DNA of 64,000 nucleotides from Kiritimatiellia bacterium (GTDB taxonomy: Bacteria > Verrucomicrobiota > Kiritimatiellia > UBA8416 > JABMPJ01). The DNA lies in assembly GCA_030745755.1 (NCBI GenBank), contig JASLOA010000004.1, positions 3,462 to 67,461 on the forward strand, given 5' to 3'. Of this stretch, positions 57,901 to 64,000 are shown one piece after another (positions within the stretch are counted from its first letter, which is position 1; each line of letters starts with the position of its first letter). Under the pieces are notes generated by a model. The model searched no databases. It was not told where the DNA came from and saw only the letters and a list, made by a program, of their open reading frames with translations. Both the position numbers and the translations under genes were made by a program.

Positions 57901-58747
57901 TCCGGAAGATGAAGGTATGCCGCCAGACCTGGGCGAGCTGCCGGCGGAGCTTCCTATTCAGATCTCTGAGTTGACCAAGGGACTCGATGAATTGGGGGAG
58001 CCCATGCCCGAGTCCGGTAGCGAGATCATGGATATGAAGGACCCGGCAGGATCGCCTGTTTCGGATAACCTGGACTCTGCGAGTGCGGCCGGACAGATGA
58101 CCGACCAAACGCCGAACCCGATGGCCAAAGCGAAGGGTCGTGGGAACGTGGGGCGCGCCGGACAGGCCGATGGCCAGATGGTGGCCGACAAAGCACCCCC
58201 CATTCCAGACAATGAGGTGGCAATGCCTGCTCGCGTGTCTGACTCTCAGGCGGAATCAGGCCAGATTCATGATGAAGACCCCGCGGCGGCATCCTCTGTT
58301 GGGGTGGGTAAGGGAACCGGCAAGACGACAGATTTTGAGAAAAGCGGCAGACTCCCGCCGGATGCATATAACAAGCTGAAGGAACTGATGGGGGCGCCGA
58401 AGGAAGAGAGCCAGGAGAACAACCATGGGCTGCTGTTAGCGCTTCAGCGTCACCATTTGCCCACAACCGACCTTAAGAAAGCCCTCAACCTAATTGAGCA
58501 GCTGCGACGCGATGAGAAGAATGGCATCGATGTGAGGCAAGCGCTGAGCGCAGCGCAGGGACACGTCCGCGCTGCCGAAAGGGCATTGGCGGGCGCCTAC
58601 GAGCTGCGGGCGAAGGAACTGGCAGAGAGGAAAACCGGCGAAGCCTTTGAGAGCGATACGGCTGGCGGTGCGGTTCCCGCCGGCTACGAGGATATCGTCA
58701 GCAGCTACTTCAGAGCAGTTGCTGAAGAATCCATCAGACAGAAATAA
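54941..58747 (+). CDS. DUF4175-like large membrane protein with Ig-like, discoidin-like and acidic coiled regions
   Basis: Three N-terminal TMs (ALDNLLNLP..LR), PPAY, D..P..DDYG, C-terminal VPAGYEDIVSSYFRAV. Confidence 0.75.
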   Translation: MSQGEALDFRQVVERANRSLHKTSVILGFLTWFAITATTWLGLFALDNLLNLPTALRFPFAIVGLVFTVVSFAKYVVGALREHRSDDLAALMLEEQFGIEGNVLINTMQFEEMGYSDEQKAFINATANAATTGWSHVPLRELWQVDRMTKWSSVFAVLMVLWIGYSVLAPDYLRSAFTRYAFSFSDAPPAAASMLVMTPAEDLTIAEYDDLDVSLDISAFAKGKELVIYPSIKYKEGVGVFDSHSDDGAEVKMRPVVGNPNLYQYTFETVRRSFSFRIFVGSTYTRSVQVTVNAAAKIVESTFTVTPPAYVGMPAREQSGPPNPVKCLPASELGVRIKVDKDIESLRWQSPGGTNMFQDAGDRVWKTTVEVGDSGINYDLIAVVKHMPEPIVLSSGSVLLMTDRKPDVRYVDTEMSHVVVPGATLPLKFEGKDDYGMKDMKLTFRRAEAGSQPEVLQDWDFAAPGERDLIEKIVRLKVDASQFEPGNKYFIEVHGNDFCPATDAAISDALLVTVKVLDARLSEGESDMKGLYAALERAIQLQRQALDGTEGLLANSDGVWLDLNRKRRDDKAIRGDLDKYHLRIFGQQMGVQKTLLDGVRTVPDRGVHMAKRMKSIAEVEAVEANTRAFAAGRVRLDAGALKRANGYGPGSSFRNTSTQVIRFKETPARYFGLVVYSAHDWSGKALLDSLALVGEKDAYLDSSSWKLVSSSVKDAKKALAPPKGQRSTGGVSLDSLPASLIFDMGSEQTVSGIACLGRGPSAPKGVSVYLSTAKAPAIGPMPLEQTRVDGEFRHLRTVQQQIYNELLALKGAEFEALAEASDLELADLLGEGEEQGPSVDADLEDMKEKFENWLEENEENEKLRNIISSKAPEDLTEDDEKALADLDLKKEALRRELEEMAQDHSGYDWDFADPTDIATFEETMHNIQEEKELLELGAMAMKDREKPRGDMSRNMDNSKEQDGAMELETGQMPSQSGAMKEPGHMENPEDEGMPPDLGELPAELPIQISELTKGLDELGEPMPESGSEIMDMKDPAGSPVSDNLDSASAAGQMTDQTPNPMAKAKGRGNVGRAGQADGQMVADKAPPIPDNEVAMPARVSDSQAESGQIHDEDPAAASSVGVGKGTGKTTDFEKSGRLPPDAYNKLKELMGAPKEESQENNHGLLLALQRHHLPTTDLKKALNLIEQLRRDEKNGIDVRQALSAAQGHVRAAERALAGAYELRAKELAERKTGEAFESDTAGGAVPAGYEDIVSSYFRAVAEESIRQK

Positions 58748-58784
58748 CAGGTTGAATAGACTCGAAACAAGAGAGAGGTAAGAC

Positions 58785-59804
58785 ATGGAAACATCAGAAA
58801 GCACTAACCCCGAAGCCGTCAATCAAACCGAAGCCATCGCCGCGCTGGCGCGGGCAGGGGAAGCGATCAAGGCCGAAGTGGCAAAGATCATTGTGGGCCA
58901 GGTGGACGTGATTAACGAGGTGCTTACGGCTTTCTTTGCCAGGGGCCATTGCGTTATCGAGGGTGTGCCGGGCCTGGCCAAGACCTTGATGATCAGCAGC
59001 CTCTCAGAGACCATGTCGCTGGACTTCACACGTGTGCAGTTCACGCCTGACCTGATGCCAACGGACATAACCGGGACCACGCTGTTGAACGAGGATGAAC
59101 ACGGCAAGCGGCACTTCACGTTCTCCCGGGGGCCGGTCTTCACCAACATCCTGTTGGCGGATGAAATTAACCGTACCCCGCCGAAGACACAGGCTGCGCT
59201 GCTCGAATCGATGCAGGAGCGCAATGTGAGTGTCGGCGGCGAGAGCTATAAACTCCCCGAGCCGTTCCTCGTGTTGGCCACGCAGAACCCCATCGAGCAG
59301 GAAGGGACCTATGCCCTGCCGGAAGCGCAATTGGATCGCTTCCTGTTCCTGGTGAAGATCGATTATCCGTCGCTTAGCGAAGAAGAACGGATCCTGTTGT
59401 CGACCACGCTGGAGTCGCTGCCGAAGCTTTTGAGCATCATTGACGGTCCCACCATCATCCAGATGCAGAAAGCAGTGCGCGGCATTGCGGTGAGTCGCGA
59501 GGTGGCCAACTACGCGGCCCGCCTGGCCCGCGCCACCCGTCCCGGTACTCCTGACGCGCCCGACTTCGTGAATCAGTGGGTGCGCTGGGGATGTGGTCCG
59601 CGAGCTGGACAGGCGCTCCTGCTGGCAGGCAAGTCAAACGCGGGGCTTAGCGGCCGGAATGAAGTCACGGCCGAAGATGTGAAGAAATTCGTCCACCCGG
59701 TGATGCGGCATCGCATGGGGCTGAACTTCGCCGCCGTCAGCGAAGGCCAGAACACAGACGATATCGTCGACAAGCTTCTGGAACATGTGCCCGAGACGGT
59801 GTAG
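58785..59804 (+). CDS. moxR: Second MoxR family AAA+ ATPase
   Basis: Same motif set as 46974..48149. Confidence 0.95.
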   Translation: METSESTNPEAVNQTEAIAALARAGEAIKAEVAKIIVGQVDVINEVLTAFFARGHCVIEGVPGLAKTLMISSLSETMSLDFTRVQFTPDLMPTDITGTTLLNEDEHGKRHFTFSRGPVFTNILLADEINRTPPKTQAALLESMQERNVSVGGESYKLPEPFLVLATQNPIEQEGTYALPEAQLDRFLFLVKIDYPSLSEEERILLSTTLESLPKLLSIIDGPTIIQMQKAVRGIAVSREVANYAARLARATRPGTPDAPDFVNQWVRWGCGPRAGQALLLAGKSNAGLSGRNEVTAEDVKKFVHPVMRHRMGLNFAAVSEGQNTDDIVDKLLEHVPETV

Positions 59805-59807
59805 GCA

Positions 59808-59872
59808 GAGAACGGATAACGATGGGGAATCTCCGAATCGTCAACCGTTCGCGTCGCCGCTATCGTCAACCG
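59808..59872 (+). repeat. ~86-bp palindromic element, copy 5 (left arm truncated)
   Basis: GAGAACGGATAACGA...AATCGTCAACCGTTCGCGTCGCCGCTATCGTCAACCG. Confidence 0.75.
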
Positions 59873-59915
59873 GAGTGGCAATAGTAAGGAAGCTGGAAAT
59901 GCAAGAGGCCGAAAA

Positions 59916-61637
59916 ATGAATAAACACTCGACACTATGCTTCTTCACAGCAGCGGCCCTCTGCCTCTCATTGCGCGCTCCCACGAAAGCTGGGGTTATCG
60001 GGCAGGTAAAGAATGTGGTGCCTTCGACAATCCGGGTCAGCCCCGATGGGGAGCATGTTCTCTCGGTAACGGTTGACGCACGGACACAACAGCGACGTGT
60101 CAATCTCGATGGCAAACTGCTGCCCGGCTCATATGATGCCATCGCCAAGGGCACCCCTTTCTTCAGTGAGGATGGTAGGCACCATGCGTTTGTCGGCACG
60201 CGCGGCACGAATTGCATGGCGGTGGTGGACGGGGTGGAAGGGCCCTCCTATGCCATTACAACCAATCGGTGGCCCATTACCGGGGTGATGTTTGGTTCAG
60301 ATGGTGAGAAGACTCATGTGGCCTATCAGGCAACTGAGAAGGGCAAGCACTACGTGGTCGTGAATGGCCAGAAGCGGGGTGGTTACGACAGTATCGCAGG
60401 TGGAGTGCTGCCCGGGATCTGGGATTTCTATTTTCAGGGAAGCTATTTCGCCTATCGGGCCAAAGTCGGCGACAAGATGGTGGCGTGCCGCGGGCAGGTC
60501 GACCGTGACCGTGTCCATCTGGTCCAGAGCCGGCCCTATGAATCGATCGGCTCCGGATCACCGGTGTGGATGGGTGGCAAATCCGAGGGGAATAGCGGCG
60601 ATCTCTTTGCCTTTATTGCCAAGGATGGCCCGGGGAAAGAGCGTATTCTGACATTGCCCGGCGAGAAGCCGATCACCCAGAAGACGTGGAAATTCGTTGC
60701 GCGGAACATGTTGCAGGTGTCGCCCGGCGAGAACAGGGAAATGGTCTATGTGGCGGGCGATGAGAAGTGGCAAGTGGTCATCGGCGACAAAGTATGGCCG
60801 GCTTGCGACACCATGGGGCGGCTGATGTCGTCGCCGTCTGGCCAGACCTGGGCCAGCACGGCCAAACGCGACGGCAAGCTCGTGATGATGGTCAACGGTG
60901 TGCCCGGCAAGGCCTACGCGGAGATCCAACACGGGGATACCCTTTTCCCTGCCGGTGATGAACGCGTTGTTTATGCAGCGGCCCAGCTTGGCGAGTCCAA
61001 GACGCCCGCCCATATGGTGGTGGATGGCAAGGAAGGCAAGGCCTATGCGCAAGTGACCGGTGACAGCGTTATTTTTAGTGCAGACAAGAAAGCCATGGCC
61101 TATATCGCCGGGGATGGGAACAAGAATTTTGTCGTGCTTAACGGCAAGGAAGGACCGGCCTTTGACCAGGTGGCCGATTTACGTTTCTCGCCCGCTAAGT
61201 CACTACTGGCCTACCGCGCCAGGCGCGGGCTGGAACACTTCGTTGTTGTTGGCGGAAAACAGCTAGGACCGTATGGCGAAGTCGAGGCGCGCACGCTGGT
61301 GTTCAGCCCGGACGGAAAATCAGTGGCCTGGGCCGCATTCGGGGAAAATGGCCAGTGGTCTGTTTATGTGAATGGTAAACCGATCGATGAGGGCTGCGAT
61401 AGGATTATCAGCGAACTGACGTTTTCTCCGGGGGTGAAGGAGCCGGCCTACGTTGCGCGGTTCCTGCCCGAGGGTCGGCAAGCGTTTGCTCTGTCGATGG
61501 GCGGTAAATGTGGCCGGCAGTTTCCTTCAATATGGATGGGCGATGGCGGCAAACTGTTTGTCCAGGAAGATGGCAGTATCGAGTATTTCGCAAAAAGCGG
61601 ATCCCTGCTGTATAGGGTGGTCGCGAAGGCGGAGTGA
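59916..61637 (+). CDS. Secreted WD40/PD40-like beta-propeller repeat protein
   Basis: Repeats of FS(P/A)DG..AY.A..VVVDGKEG..Y; signal peptide. Confidence 0.8.
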   Translation: MNKHSTLCFFTAAALCLSLRAPTKAGVIGQVKNVVPSTIRVSPDGEHVLSVTVDARTQQRRVNLDGKLLPGSYDAIAKGTPFFSEDGRHHAFVGTRGTNCMAVVDGVEGPSYAITTNRWPITGVMFGSDGEKTHVAYQATEKGKHYVVVNGQKRGGYDSIAGGVLPGIWDFYFQGSYFAYRAKVGDKMVACRGQVDRDRVHLVQSRPYESIGSGSPVWMGGKSEGNSGDLFAFIAKDGPGKERILTLPGEKPITQKTWKFVARNMLQVSPGENREMVYVAGDEKWQVVIGDKVWPACDTMGRLMSSPSGQTWASTAKRDGKLVMMVNGVPGKAYAEIQHGDTLFPAGDERVVYAAAQLGESKTPAHMVVDGKEGKAYAQVTGDSVIFSADKKAMAYIAGDGNKNFVVLNGKEGPAFDQVADLRFSPAKSLLAYRARRGLEHFVVVGGKQLGPYGEVEARTLVFSPDGKSVAWAAFGENGQWSVYVNGKPIDEGCDRIISELTFSPGVKEPAYVARFLPEGRQAFALSMGGKCGRQFPSIWMGDGGKLFVQEDGSIEYFAKSGSLLYRVVAKAE

Positions 61638-61646
61638 GAGGGGGAT

Positions 61647-61732
61647 CGGTTGACGAGAACGGCGACGAGAACGGATTACGAGTAGAGCCTGTCCCAATCG
61701 TCCACCGTTCTCGTCGCCGCTATCGTCAACCG
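61647..61732 (+). repeat. ~86-bp palindromic element, copy 6
   Basis: CGGTTGACGAGAACGGCGACGAGAACGGATTACGA...TCTCGTCGCCGCTATCGTCAACCG. Confidence 0.85.
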
Positions 61733-61771
61733 GAAGGCTGGTGGATTTGGAACCTGGAAGGACTCAAACAC

Positions 61772-63445
61772 ATGACGAAACATATAACTATCTTCACCGC
61801 CTGCCTTTTCCTGCTGTGCGCGCACTCGCACGCGGCGGCTGAGCCGACCTCACCAGTAAAAGGGCTCAAGTGTGTGTTCCTCGCGCCGCGTGTTCCCGCT
61901 CCGTTTGAGTCGTCGCTGGTGGGCAGTCAAAAACGCCTGCCGGCGATTGCTGAAAAAGCCGGGATTTCGGGGCATTCGCAGGTGGAGTTGACGCTTGATC
62001 GGGACGACGAAAAACGAGCGGCCGAAATTACAGCCGCGCTGTCAAACGGGCCCATTGACTTGCTCGGGCTCACCGTTTCCGCTAAGCAAACGATTCCTTC
62101 AGAGGATGGAAAGAAAAAGGCTACAATAATCCCGGGGATCATGGGCGATGCCTCGCAGTGTATCCCCATCATGGACCAGGCCCTGGCGATTAATCCCAGA
62201 ATGCAGTTCCTTATTATGGTGCCCGGTCCCGTAAACATCCCGGTGCGGAAAGTAAGCGAGCTCAAATGGTCGGGTGACCGATATCATAAGGTCGCCTTCG
62301 AGGCTATTGTGAAGAAGATGCGCGTTCGCTATCCGAGCAACCGCATACTCTGTGCCTATTATGGGCGCACCGGCTCAGAGCTGAAAACGCGCTTTGAGGA
62401 TGGGGACCTGCCAGGTATAGCGGAGCTGGTCGGGGAGAAGGGTGTCTTTCGTGACGAGGCGGGAAATCCAGCACCTGTGCTGGATGATCTCAATGCAATG
62501 ATAACGGCCTCGATCATGTACGACGTCGATCTCACGCAGAAGGATCTGGGGCTGGGATACAAGGCGGATCTGGGTTCGATGCTCAAGACCGTTCTGAGGT
62601 TCGAATCCAAGCATCGTGAATACGTTCCAGAACCATTTGCTGGACCGGGACCGAACGTCTTTACCCCGGAAACCTGGGATCCGCCCTGGGGCTATACGGT
62701 TCCGCAGACCGACAAGAAGGGGGTCAAGGCCGTTTTGTGGGGACATAAATTCTTCGCTCCGCTGGTTGATGCGACAACGGCAATCGCTGAGAGAAGTGGG
62801 ATCAAGGACCAAACGGTAAAGGCTTATGTGCAAAAGCCTTTTCAAGGTGGGCCGGGTGTCGGTGCCATGAATCTGATGCCGCGAGAAAAGGGGAACTCAG
62901 TACAACTCGATCTCGCTGCCAATAAGTATGATCTCCTGTGCCTGACCTATCACATGCAGGATACGGGGAGGCTCCGACATTACAAGAAGTGGTTTGATTA
63001 TATTCTGGAGCGAAACCCGGAGGCGCGACTCCTCATTCATCTGCCAGCTTCTTTCGACCCCGTCAGTCGGGATCTCCGCTTGTTTAACGAAACTGGCGAT
63101 GCGATACGTGCCAGGTTCTACAAGGAGATCGTGCTGCCCATGCGGACGCTGTATCCGGATAACGAGATCATCTTCTGGTCTTCCGGGCGCGTGAACTCTG
63201 AGTTGCGACGCCGCTACGAAGAAGGGAAGTTGCCCCAGGTTAAACAGCTGGTCGGCCCCCGGGGAATCTTTGCGGTAAAGGGCGGCTTGCCGGGTCCCTT
63301 GTTAAAGGATCTGGAAGGGCTGATTCTCTACTCCCTCATCTACAAGGTCGATCTGCCGAAAAAGATGACCGGCCAGGAAGGCAAGCTCGACCTCAACGCA
63401 CTCGCCACCGAGATGATTGCCATGGAAAAGGCGAAGGGGCTTTGA
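61772..63445 (+). CDS. Secreted protein with two tandem SGNH-like domains
   Basis: Start ATG 61772 with signal peptide; internal repeat (IAEKAGI/IAERSGI, DLLGLT/DLLCLT, MRVRYP..ELKTRFEDGDLP/MRTLYP..ELRRRYEEGKLP). Confidence 0.7.
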   Translation: MTKHITIFTACLFLLCAHSHAAAEPTSPVKGLKCVFLAPRVPAPFESSLVGSQKRLPAIAEKAGISGHSQVELTLDRDDEKRAAEITAALSNGPIDLLGLTVSAKQTIPSEDGKKKATIIPGIMGDASQCIPIMDQALAINPRMQFLIMVPGPVNIPVRKVSELKWSGDRYHKVAFEAIVKKMRVRYPSNRILCAYYGRTGSELKTRFEDGDLPGIAELVGEKGVFRDEAGNPAPVLDDLNAMITASIMYDVDLTQKDLGLGYKADLGSMLKTVLRFESKHREYVPEPFAGPGPNVFTPETWDPPWGYTVPQTDKKGVKAVLWGHKFFAPLVDATTAIAERSGIKDQTVKAYVQKPFQGGPGVGAMNLMPREKGNSVQLDLAANKYDLLCLTYHMQDTGRLRHYKKWFDYILERNPEARLLIHLPASFDPVSRDLRLFNETGDAIRARFYKEIVLPMRTLYPDNEIIFWSSGRVNSELRRRYEEGKLPQVKQLVGPRGIFAVKGGLPGPLLKDLEGLILYSLIYKVDLPKKMTGQEGKLDLNALATEMIAMEKAKGL

Positions 63446-63465
63446 AGCATAGATCCACAATCAAG

Positions 63466-64000
63466 ATGCGATATAGGATTGGACTATTTTCCAGTGCGCT
63501 GTTGCTGACCGGTGCGACGCTCGTCTCGGCGGCGGACGCCGAGTCGGCCGCTGAGCCCGCAGCAGCGCCGGTTGCCTGGCATGTGCAGGACGCCGAGTTG
63601 CGCGTGCCGGTTAAGGTGGAGATGACGGATGCCTTGTTGCGGATGCCGCCGCAGGTCTATCTCGCGGATCTGAAACCGCTCGAAATTACGGGTGGCCTGG
63701 CCTTTGATCCGCAGACCAAGAGCGCCATCCGGCGTGACGTTCGCAAGCCGGAAGAGAAAGCGGCGACGATAGCCAAAGAGAAGGAACGCTACAAACGGGC
63801 GAAGACGAAGTGGGATCCTAAAGCCTACGGTCGACTGGACGAAGGCAGAGGCGGCCCGATCCTGCGAGTTTTCGGTTCGGCGACTTACGCCATCAAGCCG
63901 GAGTACAAATACTTTTGCTACTGGTCGGCCCTCTACCCTCAAAACAAGGTCTTCATCGATGGTAAGCCAGCTCGCCTAAGTGGCAGCAGCATAGTGGCCA
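63466..64000 (+). CDS. Secreted hypothetical protein, truncated by window edge
   Basis: MRYRIGLFSSALLLTGATLVSAADAESAAEPAAAPVAWHVQDAELRVPV...; frame appears open to the window end. Confidence 0.7.
   Translation, partial: MRYRIGLFSSALLLTGATLVSAADAESAAEPAAAPVAWHVQDAELRVPVKVEMTDALLRMPPQVYLADLKPLEITGGLAFDPQTKSAIRRDVRKPEEKAATIAKEKERYKRAKTKWDPKAYGRLDEGRGGPILRVFGSATYAIKPEYKYFCYWSALYPQNKVFIDGKPARLSGSSIVA

Noticed and set aside
12304-61732. CRISPR array or integron attC cassettes formed by the palindromes
   Set aside because: Copies are dispersed without regular spacers, there is no cas or integron integrase gene, and the ends do not fit RYYYAAC...GTTRRRY in the right order.

Overview
GC-rich bacterial window, probably from the PVC superphylum (Lentisphaerae/Kiritimatiellae/Planctomycetes-like; inferred from SHD1-, PQQ-propeller-, DUF4159/MoxR- and RAYT-type genes). 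1-3 kb is an accessory hotspot around a tRNA-Val(CAC) 3' fragment, with two nucleotidyltransferases, a GIY-YIG gene flanked by a duplicated tRNA end, and a PLD remnant. 3-45 kb is a mosaic of secreted, glycan-related genes: four giant (1.4-1.9 kaa) signal-peptide proteins that all combine an SHD1-like module, an HExxH zincin site and LamG domains (two DUF6055/Svx-like, two anthrax-LF/M90-like), SGNH esterases, FGE-fold proteins, a PQQ beta-propeller, GH106 and GH29 hydrolases, an FtsX/MacB-type ABC cassette, an AAA_14/DUF4143 ATPase and a RAYT-type HUH transposase bounded by 15-bp inverted repeats. 45-64 kb is a DUF4159-MoxR-DUF58-BatA/vWA operon with a second MoxR. The strongest non-obvious signal is one divergent promoter module carrying a GTCGG-N7-CCGAC-type operator. 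It is reused in whole or in part in five intergenic regions, and stubs of the originally attached genes remain while different genes now sit behind it. Several families of intergenic palindromes are also present, some nested. All family assignments come from motif recognition by eye; no database searches were run.
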